From positions 1,216,001 through 1,280,000 of the forward strand of contig OY970209.1 in assembly GCA_963713855.1 (NCBI GenBank): a stretch of DNA of 64,000 bases. The letters run 5' to 3'. Shown in pieces: positions 39,843-49,889 of the stretch (position 1 is the first letter of the stretch; each line of letters opens with the position of its first letter). The notes below the pieces were generated by a model. It was not told the DNA's origin and did no database searches. It saw only the letters and a list, made by a program, of their open reading frames with translations. This stretch comes from an uncultured bacterium (GTDB taxonomy: Bacteria > Babelota > Babeliae > Babelales > Babelaceae). A program made the translations under genes and the position numbers.

Positions 39843-40964
39843 ATGAAACAGAGTCCAACAACTCTCAGACACGCATTTTCAATGCTCTTATTAAGCACTT
39901 TTTTGCTTATCATCATAGGCTTTATTTTTATTTATTCAGCAAGTGCTTCCTTTGCGCTTGATAAATTTGGCAAAGCGCATTATTACGTGTATAAACACGC
40001 AATAGGACTCCTAATAGGCCTTCTAGGCTTTGCATTTTTTCGCATAGTACCATTTAAGCTCTTACGCGCCATCACACCCCTTATGTTTGGCGCCTGCTTA
40101 GTGCTCACGGCACTTACACTCACACCCGTCGGCATTACTATTCACGGATCATCACGCTGGCTTACGGTTAAGGGATTCATGTTCCAGCCAAGCGAGCTTC
40201 TTAAAATGTCCCTTATTCTTTACCTAGCTTATTTAATTAGCAAAAAACAGTATTGGATCAATTCATTCATTTATGGATACCTACCTTTTTTGTGCATAAC
40301 TGGTATTAGCGCTCTTATTCTTTTAAAGCAGCCCGATTTTGGGCAAGCAGTTACCCTTTGTGTTATGGCTCTTTGTCTTTGGTTTATCGCTCAGGTTAAT
40401 ACTCATTACATTGCAATCACCGCAGGTTCACTCATTCCTCTAGCAGCACTGCTCATTTACTTTAAACCGTATCGCTTTAAACGGATTCTCGTCTTTCTTG
40501 ATCCCTGGAAAGACCCTCAGGGAAGTGGATACCAAATAATACAGTCACTCAGCGCTGTAGCGGCTGGAGGCCTTAAAGGCATCGGACTTACCCATTCAAA
40601 CACCCATGAGCACCAAATGCCAATGCAGCACACCGATTTTATTTTTTCAGTCATAGCGCAAGAAACCGGCTTTATAGGAAGTTGCCTCGTAATTGTACTC
40701 TATGTATTCTTTCTTTATTACGGCTTTAAGGTTGCATCCCTATTGAAAGATCCCTTTTGTACTTACATTGTTATTGGCTTTGTATTGCTCATTACTATTC
40801 AAGCACTCATGAATATCAGTGTAGCCATAAGCCTTTTACCCACTAAAGGTCTGGGGCTGCCGTTTATTAGCTTTGGAAGATCATCTCTTATCTGTGATCT
40901 TTGGACGCTTGGCATTATTGCGAACGCCGTTGAGCATGACAGTAGATTGCAACAGCATACATAG
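39843..40964 (+). CDS. ftsW: SEDS-family peptidoglycan glycosyltransferase FtsW
   Basis: YSAS, GSSRW, FQPSELLK, KQPDFG, GYQIIQS, HTDFIFS, PTKGLGLPFISFG; follows murD. Confidence 0.9.
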   Translation: MKQSPTTLRHAFSMLLLSTFLLIIIGFIFIYSASASFALDKFGKAHYYVYKHAIGLLIGLLGFAFFRIVPFKLLRAITPLMFGACLVLTALTLTPVGITIHGSSRWLTVKGFMFQPSELLKMSLILYLAYLISKKQYWINSFIYGYLPFLCITGISALILLKQPDFGQAVTLCVMALCLWFIAQVNTHYIAITAGSLIPLAALLIYFKPYRFKRILVFLDPWKDPQGSGYQIIQSLSAVAAGGLKGIGLTHSNTHEHQMPMQHTDFIFSVIAQETGFIGSCLVIVLYVFFLYYGFKVASLLKDPFCTYIVIGFVLLITIQALMNISVAISLLPTKGLGLPFISFGRSSLICDLWTLGIIANAVEHDSRLQQHT

Positions 40965-40987
40965 AAAAGAACATAAGCAGGAGCACC

Positions 40988-41506
40988 ATGAACAAGGTAC
41001 TTAGCGCAATTATCGTAAATATACTACTGATGACATCACTATTCTCCATGCATCGTGAAGAGCCGGCACTACATAAAGCCGTGCGAGAAAAAAATTGGCC
41101 AAAGATTCAGGAGCTCCTGGCAAAAGATGATCTTAATATTGAAGAAGAAGATTCCGACGGAAATACTGCTTTGCACATAGCTATACAGTCTTCAGGAAGC
41201 ATTTCGGATGAAGCTACCATTGGCCCAGAAACTATTATTAGAGCACTTTTAGCAAAAGAGGCTTCAACCAAAGCTAGAAATCGTGACCACAAAACGCCGA
41301 TCGATTACGCTACCAATTTGACCATAATGAACCTCTTACTTTTAAACTCTCCCACTTTAAGTAGATCATACAGTGGTGAGCAGCACGAGCAAGGTGAAAC
41401 AACGATACGTGAAAACACAACATTACCCGAGCACCGACCAAGAAGAACATCGTTCATAAAGCGGCTTACATCAGGCGAACTTTTGAGAAAAAGTCAGGAA
41501 AAATAA
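40988..41506 (+). CDS. Secreted ankyrin-repeat protein
   Basis: Signal peptide ending LFS|MH; ALHKAV, DGNTALHIAI, KTPIDYA. Confidence 0.85.
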   Translation: MNKVLSAIIVNILLMTSLFSMHREEPALHKAVREKNWPKIQELLAKDDLNIEEEDSDGNTALHIAIQSSGSISDEATIGPETIIRALLAKEASTKARNRDHKTPIDYATNLTIMNLLLLNSPTLSRSYSGEQHEQGETTIRENTTLPEHRPRRTSFIKRLTSGELLRKSQEK

Positions 41507-41567
41507 AACTAGAATATCCCTCATTAGGATTGGGAACTTTTTATGGAGCGTAGAGCTTTTAAAGCAG

Positions 41568-42362
41568 CTATAGCTCATCTTTCTTAAACAAATAATGGAA
41601 ATAGAGGCTCGGGTTATCTAAAAATTTCTTCGTAATTTTATAGTGTTCTGTTTCGGTATAAGAAATAGGGGTCAAAATACTAGAATCGCAGGAGTAAATT
41701 GTGGCGCCGGGATAGGCGAGTAAGAGCGGAGAGTGTGTAGCTATGATAAATTGTGAGTGAAAGTCTGTACAAAGCTCATGAATGATTGAAAGCAGTACTA
41801 ATTGGCGTTGAGGCGAAAGCGCCGCTTCAGGTTCGTCAAATATAAAAAAACCTTGAGCACCAACTCTGCTTTTAAAAAACGACAAAAAACTTTCGCCGTG
41901 GGATTGTTCATGGAGCGATTCGCCGCCATAGGGGCCATAAGCAAAACCTCCGCATTCGAGCTCCAAATAGTCGACGTAATTAGCAACGTTAAAAAAGCTT
42001 TCTGCTCTAAAAAAATAGCCATTCGTTGGCTTTTGCCGCCAGGAAAGTGTCAAGCAATCAGCAAGCTTTGAGGATGCGTTTTCGGTATTTCCGTGGGAGG
42101 TTTTAAAGTTAATGTTCTTGCTTCCACCCTCTGGACCAAAACCAACTTTGTGCGCAATCGCTTCTAGGATGGTTGATTTTCCTGTTCCATTTTCACCAAC
42201 AAAAAAGGTCACCTGAGTAGGAAATTCAATGCTTTTAAGACTTTTAACTGTATTCAAGCAAAAGGGATAGCTCTCAAGATTAACGGTGGGTAAAAATTGG
42301 ACGCACAATTTATCTAGTAGCGGACCGTCCCGAAAAATATATCTGTTTGACACTTTCTTCAT
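41568..42362 (-). CDS. Stand-alone ABC/SMC-type ATPase (COG3910-like)
   Basis: GENGTGKST, FFRAESF, QSHGESF, FDEPEAALSPQRQ, IIATHSP. Confidence 0.9.
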   Translation of the reverse strand: MKKVSNRYIFRDGPLLDKLCVQFLPTVNLESYPFCLNTVKSLKSIEFPTQVTFFVGENGTGKSTILEAIAHKVGFGPEGGSKNINFKTSHGNTENASSKLADCLTLSWRQKPTNGYFFRAESFFNVANYVDYLELECGGFAYGPYGGESLHEQSHGESFLSFFKSRVGAQGFFIFDEPEAALSPQRQLVLLSIIHELCTDFHSQFIIATHSPLLLAYPGATIYSCDSSILTPISYTETEHYKITKKFLDNPSLYFHYLFKKDEL

Positions 42363-42501
42363 AGAGTTAGCATAAACAGCAATGCACAAAATAGCAATGA
42401 GATTCTCTACCAAAAGCCCTTTCTAGACGCAGCAAGTTGACTTTCATATATTTCTGGGTTAAGTAGCATGGTATGTCTACGCTCAAAAAGGAGAGCTTTC
42501 G

Positions 42502-43332
42502 ATGAAAAAGGTATTTTTAAGCTTTTTACCGTTTTTATTCATCTACACCACTGCCGCCGACGTAAAAAACTACAAAGTTGTTGAGTGCAAACTGAAGGCA
42601 ACTGTGCGAAAGACGAGAGATAGAAAAAATACTGGGCATCCTAAGCATACCCATCCCCATCTTCCTTACAAAGAGGGAACGAGCACTAACTGGTCAGGCT
42701 ATATAGCTGCAACCAATCTGACAAACCCAACGTTGAAATCAGTAAAAAGTGTTTTCGGTTCTTGGACGGTGCCTTCAGTAAGCGCATCAGCTCATAACAC
42801 TTATTGCGCTATCTGGATTGGTATAGATGGCTATACAAACGGATCTGTCGAGCAAATTGGCACTTCGCATGAATGGGTACAAGGGCGTCAAGTCGATTCA
42901 GCATGGTTTGAGATGTACCCAAACTTTTCGTACGAGATTACGGGCTTTCCTCTCAAAAAAGGTGATTTAATTGGCGCATCAGTAGTGTATTTGGGAAATA
43001 ATACCTTTCAACTATCCCTCTTTAATCACACAAGAAAAGTGCAAACAACGGTACCAACCACTCGCACGAAAGCTTCGTATGCTCAGAGAAATAGCGCTGA
43101 ATGGATAGTAGAAGCACCCTATCTTGATGGCATCTTACCGTTGTCACACTTTGGCAATGTTACGTTTTCAAACTGCCTTGCAAACATAGATGGCACGCTT
43201 GGTCCGATAGTGAACAAAAAATGGAAAGATACCACACTTACCATGGTAACAAATACGGGTATTGATAAAGCGACCGTTTCGAAATTGTCAGCAAACGGCA
43301 AAGGCTTTGAAGTTTCTTGGAGACATGAGTGA
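42502..43332 (+). CDS. Secreted G1-family glutamic endopeptidase (eqolisin)
   Basis: STNWSGY, WIGIDG, VEQIGT (catalytic Gln), SAEWIVEAP (catalytic Glu); signal and basic propeptide. Confidence 0.9.
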   Translation: MKKVFLSFLPFLFIYTTAADVKNYKVVECKLKATVRKTRDRKNTGHPKHTHPHLPYKEGTSTNWSGYIAATNLTNPTLKSVKSVFGSWTVPSVSASAHNTYCAIWIGIDGYTNGSVEQIGTSHEWVQGRQVDSAWFEMYPNFSYEITGFPLKKGDLIGASVVYLGNNTFQLSLFNHTRKVQTTVPTTRTKASYAQRNSAEWIVEAPYLDGILPLSHFGNVTFSNCLANIDGTLGPIVNKKWKDTTLTMVTNTGIDKATVSKLSANGKGFEVSWRHE

Positions 43333-43351
43333 AGTGAAAACATCTTCCGGC

Positions 43352-44308
43352 CTAAGTACCTAAACCAAGCTTTTTTCGTAAATGTCCAAGATAGCGAGCA
43401 CCATCAAGGTTGACGATTTTTAAGGAAAATTTGGTAAAGTGGCGAATACTCACCACGTCATCTTGTTCTAATGCGATGCTTTCTTGCCCGTCTAACGACA
43501 AAAATGCGCTCTTTGGGATACGTCTTAATTTGAGCTCGATGTTGCTATCTAATGTAACCACTAAAGGTCGCTGTGTAAGCGTATGTGGAGCTAAAGGTGT
43601 TAAAACAACCGCTTTGACAGCGGGTGCTATAAGAGGCCCTCCTGCTGAAAGAGAGTAAGCGGTTGATCCTGTGGGCGTGCTTACAATAATGCCGTCACCT
43701 AAGGTCGTATAAGCACTTTGACCATTCAGAGAGACATCAACTCCAACCATACGCAACGCCTCACCACGAGATATAACGACATCGTTGACAGCCAACCCTG
43801 CAAAAATCTTTCTTTTACCACGAGTCATTAGAACATGAAGAAAAGGACGCTCAGAAACGTAGAACGAATTTCCTTCAAGAATGTTTTTTAGCATTTCAAC
43901 TGCATGGTAGGGTTCAATCTCTGTCAAAAAACCGAGATGGCCCATATTAATGCCCAAAATAGGTACGCTGTGCTTTTTCATGCGGTGAGCAACATCTAAA
44001 AGAGTTCCATCACCCCCTATTGAGATAATAAGGTCTACAGAGCTTGATAAAAAATCTTTAGAAACGGTGCGTGCATGCTTATATTGTTGAGTTAAGTTGC
44101 TTTCTTTCGTAAAAAAAGGAATACCTCCTTTTTTGCTAATACATTGAGCTAGCTCAAGCGCTAACATTTCTGCTTTAGAGTCGTTCTCTTTAATAGAAAA
44201 ACCGATACGATGGGGTATGCTTTTTACCTCTTTAAGATTGATAAGAGATTGTATACCATACACTTTAATGAAAATAAGGGACAAGAGAAAGAACTTTTTA
44301 CACAACAT
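43352..44308 (-). CDS. nadK: NAD(+) kinase with signal-peptide-like N-terminal extension
   Basis: GGDGT, GINMGHLGFL, ND motif, DGIIVSTPTGSTAYSLSAGGP, LDGQ. Confidence 0.92.
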   Translation of the reverse strand: MLCKKFFLLSLIFIKVYGIQSLINLKEVKSIPHRIGFSIKENDSKAEMLALELAQCISKKGGIPFFTKESNLTQQYKHARTVSKDFLSSSVDLIISIGGDGTLLDVAHRMKKHSVPILGINMGHLGFLTEIEPYHAVEMLKNILEGNSFYVSERPFLHVLMTRGKRKIFAGLAVNDVVISRGEALRMVGVDVSLNGQSAYTTLGDGIIVSTPTGSTAYSLSAGGPLIAPAVKAVVLTPLAPHTLTQRPLVVTLDSNIELKLRRIPKSAFLSLDGQESIALEQDDVVSIRHFTKFSLKIVNLDGARYLGHLRKKLGLGT

Positions 44309-44409
44309 ACCAAAGCTCCAAAAAAACAGAGGCTGACCTCATTATCTTTAGCTTAAGGAAAAATTTTGGATGTTGTACAGTAAAACCGTTAAGCCGGTGC
44401 AATAAATTA

Positions 44410-45000
44410 TTACAATGTCTCTGATATCAATATTCCCCGCTCCAATAGGATATGTACACATTCAATAATCTCTTCAGCTTTGGTAAACGAGGTCTTGTCA
44501 TCAACCTTTGCTATCAAAGATACATAAAGCCCATAAAAATAATAAGCGAGCAAGAACATAATTCCAGCTCCAAACGCAGCGCCCATGGCTTTGAAGCCCG
44601 ATGACCTATTCCAACCGCACAATAGCAGAGTTCCTATAAGAGAAATCGTGACAGAACTGATAGCAAATTCTGAGGCACCTCTTTTTTCTCTCTCCATTCT
44701 TTGTAGCTCTAAGTGAAGAAATCTTTCAACTCGATACCGCAATAGAGGATCCGATACTAAAAGCTCTTCTAATTCAGGTAGTGAAAACTGATTTGAATAG
44801 CAGCGGTTTTCACGTCTAAGCCTAATAATCAATTTTGCAAGAAACGAATCTAAATCGTCCGCACCGATCTTTTCGCCTTTTAAGCCTAAATTTGACCATA
44901 GTGATTGCTCAAAACAGCTATCGTCAGAGTCTTGAGCACAAAGATTTAAATACGAAGAACCGTAAAACAGAACAAGCAAAAGAATGCTTTTGTTCCACAC
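44410..45000 (-). CDS. Tandem-array paralog (type B): signal peptide + bilobed hydrophobic hairpin
   Basis: W-x2-LGL motif, two TM helices, FTKAEEIIEC. Confidence 0.7.
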   Translation of the reverse strand: MWNKSILLLVLFYGSSYLNLCAQDSDDSCFEQSLWSNLGLKGEKIGADDLDSFLAKLIIRLRRENRCYSNQFSLPELEELLVSDPLLRYRVERFLHLELQRMEREKRGASEFAISSVTISLIGTLLLCGWNRSSGFKAMGAAFGAGIMFLLAYYFYGLYVSLIAKVDDKTSFTKAEEIIECVHILLERGILISETL

Positions 45001-45036
45001 GAGGTAACTCCTTAAAAAGGGGTGCTAAAGTTCTAC

Positions 45037-45630
45037 TTAAGCCGCGTGAGAAGTCGCTATAATTTCCAACTCCTCAGCTCCTTTTAAAAGTTTTTCCAAG
45101 CACTGTATCACTTCGGTCTCACTTTTAAAAGGCTCATCATGTGAAAGGAAGAAGGTCACGTGATTGTATAAGTCAGCCGACATCACGAGAGCCCCCGTAA
45201 GTGGTATAGTGCTTATAGCGCCTAGGATAGTACTTATAACACCTGATCTTCTAGATCCCAGATAAAAGAGTGTTGCGAACAAAACATATGCCACAACGGG
45301 AGCTGTACCCATGTAAAAAAAGCTGTTTATTTCCTCATTCTCAGCTTTTTTGCTTTTGCTCATAGCAGACGCAATTGCTTCATCAAGGTGAGGAGAATCC
45401 AACAGGCTTTTTAAAATATCAACGGATAAATTGGACCTACAATCATGAAAAATTTGTTTTTCGAAAAACAGATCCATGAGATGGGCAGCTAGCTCATCGG
45501 CATTCATGTGGTCTGCAAATTGGTAAAATGTGCTCGCTTCTTTTACGCTATGATCGTCAATTTGCGCGTGTGAACTTACAAATGAGCAACTTGCTAAAAT
45601 GATGCTCATGATGAAAGAAATTTTGTACAT
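45037..45630 (-). CDS. Tandem-array paralog (type A)
   Basis: Signal SIILASCSF, two TM helices, PFKSETEVIQC. Confidence 0.7.
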   Translation of the reverse strand: MYKISFIMSIILASCSFVSSHAQIDDHSVKEASTFYQFADHMNADELAAHLMDLFFEKQIFHDCRSNLSVDILKSLLDSPHLDEAIASAMSKSKKAENEEINSFFYMGTAPVVAYVLFATLFYLGSRRSGVISTILGAISTIPLTGALVMSADLYNHVTFFLSHDEPFKSETEVIQCLEKLLKGAEELEIIATSHAA

Positions 45631-45770
45631 ACCCTGACTCCTTCGAGGCGGTGAACAATTAATTATAGGTAATCTTTATCATATTTGACACGCTGCCCAC
45701 TTTTCTAAAAAAACCGTAAAAAGCGACATCTAACTCAGTAATTTGCTTTTTTCATAGTTCATTGGACAAA

Positions 45771-46376
45771 TCATGCATTATCTATTGCTTCAGCATCTTC
45801 ACTTTCTTTTAAAAGCTCTTGAAAGCACTCAATAATCTCTCCAGTCTCACTGAATCGCGTATTTTCATCAATTGTTGGCTTAAATAAAAAGCTCATATAA
45901 AACGCAAGAGCGGCTATACCTGCTGCTCCAGAAAATGATCCACAGGCTGCAGATGCGACACCCGAGCGTTTGGCCGCCAAATAGAAAAATAGCCCACTTA
46001 AAAGCGCCGATGCCAGCGCCGTTGAGCCGATTCCCATTGTGAATACTTTAGCTCTTCCCTTTCTTTTTGCTTCTTCTAAAAGGGCTCTTTCAACTCGATC
46101 CTTCAAGTTATTCGACTTTAGTAGCTTTTTTACGTCATCTTTTTCGAACTGACTTACATAGCAAGATTCAAACCTTTGGATTCTTCTTATCCAATCTTCA
46201 AGTTCCCAATCTAAGGTATCCGCATCGCTATCATTCTTTTGCAAGTTTAAAAATGACCACATAAACTCGCTTAACCTAAAAGGCTTTTTGATTGGCTCTT
46301 CAGTTTCTTTAGCGAGAATATTTACGCACACAAAACTGAGCAAAATAGCAAAAAAAAATGTACTTTTTTTCAACAC
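45771..46376 (-). CDS. Tandem-array paralog (type B)
   Basis: WSFLNLQ, two TM helices, FSETGEIIEC. Confidence 0.7.
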   Translation of the reverse strand: MLKKSTFFFAILLSFVCVNILAKETEEPIKKPFRLSEFMWSFLNLQKNDSDADTLDWELEDWIRRIQRFESCYVSQFEKDDVKKLLKSNNLKDRVERALLEEAKRKGRAKVFTMGIGSTALASALLSGLFFYLAAKRSGVASAACGSFSGAAGIAALAFYMSFLFKPTIDENTRFSETGEIIECFQELLKESEDAEAIDNA

Positions 46377-46463
46377 GATAACTCCTATAAAGCAAAAATA
46401 ACTAAAGACTCAATTTATATAAATATAGCCTAAAAACAAGTTATTTTTTGATTATATAAAAGC

Positions 46464-47045
46464 CTATTTTCGCACTTGCTTAGAGTGTTCTTTATAAAGA
46501 ATATGTACAAGCTCAATGATCTCGTTCTGATTTTCAAAAGAATCTCCACTTAATATAGTAAGAAGTTTTTTACTAAATTCATAAGCTTCCCCATAAGACG
46601 TTAACATAGTAAGCACGCTTATAACGAATAACGAATACCGTTGAAATCCTGTTACTTTAGCCGCAACGATGAGAACATTAGCTGAAAAAAGCATCATCCC
46701 TGTTTGCGCAACCGCATCGCCGAACACGAAGAGCAGTTGCTTAAAGTGCTCTTTTGACTCTTCCCGTAGCGCTCTTTGCACTACTGCCTCAAGATTTTCA
46801 AAATCTACTAAATCTTTTAAATCTTCAGGTAGTATGGCTTCAGCCAGTGGTGCGCCATTTCTTTTCACCCGGATTAAGTCTTCGATGGCCCTTTCTAAAT
46901 AACCTTCGCAATCACTATAATCACGCTGCAAGCCCAGATAGGGCCATGGATCAAAGCTACCTCTATTATTTTTTGCCTTAGAGCACGTACCGGCAAAGAA
47001 AGCCGTCAACAAAATGTATAAAAAGGCAAATCTTCTTATCACCAA
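46464..47045 (-). CDS. Tandem-array paralog (type B, divergent)
   Basis: WPYLGLQ, two TM helices, FENQNEIIEL. Confidence 0.65.
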   Translation of the reverse strand: MVIRRFAFLYILLTAFFAGTCSKAKNNRGSFDPWPYLGLQRDYSDCEGYLERAIEDLIRVKRNGAPLAEAILPEDLKDLVDFENLEAVVQRALREESKEHFKQLLFVFGDAVAQTGMMLFSANVLIVAAKVTGFQRYSLFVISVLTMLTSYGEAYEFSKKLLTILSGDSFENQNEIIELVHILYKEHSKQVRK

Positions 47046-47055
47046 AGAAAATACC

Positions 47056-47673
47056 CTAATTTAAAAATTCACCTTCTGATTGCACTGTCTCGGCTAAATT
47101 TTGAGCTTCTTTTAGAAGTTTCCGGAGACATTCTATTACTTCATCCGAGCTAGAAAAAGGCTTATCGAGTGAAAGCTGATAGTCCACTTGTTCGTACAAA
47201 TTAAAACTTTGGACTAGAGCGATCGCCATGGGTATTACACCGGCTGCTCCTAAGCTAGTACTTGCTAAACCTGCTGTCTTGGATCCTAAAATAAAGCACG
47301 CAGCACCCACTATATATACTCCAAGAATAATGCTTCCAGAAGTAAAAAAGCCCCATATTTTTTCTTTTTCTTCTTTTTCAGCCTCTTTTAACGCTAATGC
47401 GATTCCAAGACCTAGATGATCAGAGTTCAAGACGCGTTTTAGATCTTAACTTTCTAACTCTGAATAACATTCTTTAAAAAGTCGCTTATTTTCAAGTACA
47501 TGCCGAAGATGTAAAACAAGCACATCCAAAGTCCAGCTATCTGTATTCTGATGATTAGAAATGCGGTAAGTTCCTTCTACTTCACCGTCTGTGGAGGTGT
47601 TTGCTTGTAAAGTTAAAAATGAGCAACTTGCTAAAATGATGCTGATATAAAAAAAGATCTTGTAACGTAACAT
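47056..47673 (-). pseudogene. Tandem-array paralog (type A) interrupted by an in-frame TAA
   Basis: ORFs 47446-47694 and 47056-47430 are in the same frame (ELES*DLKRVLNS); joined product aligns with 45037-45630. Confidence 0.75.
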
Positions 47674-48135
47674 GTAACTAACTCCTTTAGGCAATATGAT
47701 TTTGATAATCTTACCGTATTGCCGGGTAAAAACAAGCGCAAAACCGTGAGGCTTATTGCGTAAAAAAATCTATCGGTATTAGATAGCAGTAGTTACAACT
47801 TCTTTATTCAGTAACGCGATTACTTATACTCCAAAAATGGAAATATAACAAAGAAGCCGATCTTTTACGGATTTCACGCGTCAGATCCAACATATCCCTA
47901 AACCCCCCTTCAAAGCATTAACAAAAGACCCGAAATGATGCAAGAAAAATAAAATAGCATTTTAAAGTTCACAATAGTAATAATGAAAGCGGAGATTTTA
48001 AACGAATGCGTTCGAAATTTACTGCTCAAATAAGGCTCTATAATTTTTACGTTACTAGTTGACAAAATTTAAGCATTTTAATAATGTTATTGCAGGTTTT
48101 TTAAATACTCAATTTTACAGCTAAGTTCGATTACT

Positions 48136-49221
48136 ATGACAAAGCATATTCTTTTACTTTTTTTCTTAATGCCTTTTTTTGTATATGGTATGGAAGAACG
48201 AAACACGCCCGGAACTAACTCTCTTCCATCGCCGATAGCATTCTCGCAAGATGGGCGCGCGCTTACTCCAGAAGAACTTCTTACCAATCAGATGCTCGCA
48301 GCAGCTCATGCGAATGCACCAACAGCATTTTTTATGCAGCTTATTCTCCAGGGCGGACCTTTTAGCGATTTAAATAGGGAGCTATTACTGCAAAGCATGT
48401 CTCCCATCGAAAACTTTGGCTCAGGCAACGAAGATATTCACTATGACCCATGCATTTTTCTGTGGTTTCTTTTAAGATGTGATGTATCCAAAAAAAGTAA
48501 ACACAGGCTCGTTTGCAGTCTACGTCGTATGTTTGTCGCGCCCACCGGTGAAAAAACATGCTTCGATGAAAGACTTGGCATTCTGCTAAAAACGCTTATT
48601 TTTGGCGATGCGTCCGTGCGCGAAGAAAGGCTTATGCATTTAAAAGAAAGCTTTGCAAATGGTTTATTATCAGAACTTGAAAAGAGAGAAATTCAAGAAT
48701 CATTTATTTACGCAGTTTCTCACGGCAAAATTAGCATGGCTCTCACTCTTTTATTGGAGTTTCCAGGAATTCTCACACAAGAAATACTTTTGGAGGCGCT
48801 GCAAGCTGCGACTCTTAAAAACGAACCAGAGATTTTTGCAGCTATAATTGAAAGCGGACTTCTTACAGGAGAAAATCTGAGATCAGCTTTAGTCGACAGC
48901 CTCATGCTATCTGGCGCTCTATTACATACGCCCATCTTTAACTCTGTACTACATTTTGAAAGAGCTAACATAGGCAACCTTGTTATTGAGCCTGTCACAA
49001 ATCACATAGGCACGCTTTTAAACAGCGGTTTTTCTGAGGACATAAATACACAGTATGGGCAGCTGATAACGGTCCTTGAACATCATGTCCATGAAAGAAG
49101 TATCCAAGCAAGCGCGGAATTACTGCAATCATTTTTAGCTCAACAAGAACCAGGAATACCGTTAGCAGGAGAGCTCATACTCGTTCAATTGTTTCAAAAC
49201 GCAATTGGCAAAGGAGTTTAG
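48136..49221 (+). CDS. Secreted protein with degenerate ankyrin-like repeats
   Basis: Signal ending VYG|MEE; FIYAVSHGKI and ALQAATLKNE resemble the C-halves of the proteins at 1453 and 5578. Confidence 0.65.
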   Translation: MTKHILLLFFLMPFFVYGMEERNTPGTNSLPSPIAFSQDGRALTPEELLTNQMLAAAHANAPTAFFMQLILQGGPFSDLNRELLLQSMSPIENFGSGNEDIHYDPCIFLWFLLRCDVSKKSKHRLVCSLRRMFVAPTGEKTCFDERLGILLKTLIFGDASVREERLMHLKESFANGLLSELEKREIQESFIYAVSHGKISMALTLLLEFPGILTQEILLEALQAATLKNEPEIFAAIIESGLLTGENLRSALVDSLMLSGALLHTPIFNSVLHFERANIGNLVIEPVTNHIGTLLNSGFSEDINTQYGQLITVLEHHVHERSIQASAELLQSFLAQQEPGIPLAGELILVQLFQNAIGKGV

Positions 49222-49222
49222 C

Positions 49223-49633
49223 TCAGTCACCAAATACTTGCTTATGCCAATATGCTTTTTTACCTTCGTAAAACCATTTTTTGTTATTTTTGGTCATAAA
49301 TCTTTTAAGTTGCTTCATGTCTATTTTGTAACGGTAGAATAAAGCAAGTAGATCCCTCAGATCAGCATCAAGAAGTTCATCTCTCGTTACAATGAGATGT
49401 ATTGCGTCCTTAACGCCTTTAACATTGGCAATATAAGCGCCGTGTCTTAACCACTCGAAAAAAGCGATTTCGTCAACTGGTGAATAGAATATCACCCTCT
49501 TACAAATAAGAGTATTCTTATCGGTCTTTGTTGCATTCTCCTCAGCTTCATTCTGAGGATAGACGTTGTGGTGACGGCCTGAAGGATGAACAACATCCCA
49601 ATGAGGAGTATAGTAATTTTTATTCTTGTTCAT
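49223..49633 (-). CDS. Orphan immunity-like protein fused to a toxin C-terminal relic
   Basis: N-terminal PHWDVVHPSGRHHNVYP resembles the end of Ntox37-type RNase toxins; last gene of the toxin cassette run. Confidence 0.55.
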   Translation of the reverse strand: MNKNKNYYTPHWDVVHPSGRHHNVYPQNEAEENATKTDKNTLICKRVIFYSPVDEIAFFEWLRHGAYIANVKGVKDAIHLIVTRDELLDADLRDLLALFYRYKIDMKQLKRFMTKNNKKWFYEGKKAYWHKQVFGD

Positions 49634-49664
49634 ATGAATGATAGCTCCTGCTCCATAGTTTCAT

Positions 49665-49889
49665 TCACTTTTTACCTTCGATAGCTTTAATGATACTTGC
49701 TACAACTATGTCTTGAGCCGTGGTAAGCTCTATATCTTTATTAGCAATAAGCTCTTCTATTTCTTTTTCAACAATAGGCCAAAGTGGATAGGATTTATAA
49801 TATGCTATACGTTCTTGATAAGTCATGTGCTTATTTTTTGATTTCACTTTTGCTTTCATCGATTTGAAGCTTTTTAGTCGCCATACCAA
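49665..49889 (-). CDS. Small hypothetical protein, probable orphan immunity
   Basis: Co-oriented and overlapping within the cassette; helical YPLWPIVEKEIEELIAN; start uncertain. Confidence 0.45.
   Translation of the reverse strand: MVWRLKSFKSMKAKVKSKNKHMTYQERIAYYKSYPLWPIVEKEIEELIANKDIELTTAQDIVVASIIKAIEGKK

Noticed and set aside
41568..42362. ATPase as part of an anti-phage defence system
   Set aside because: No partner nuclease or effector gene adjacent; matches a common stand-alone family.
47446..47448. Stop-codon reassignment or programmed readthrough
   Set aside because: Single case; TAA terminates many conserved genes in the window normally.
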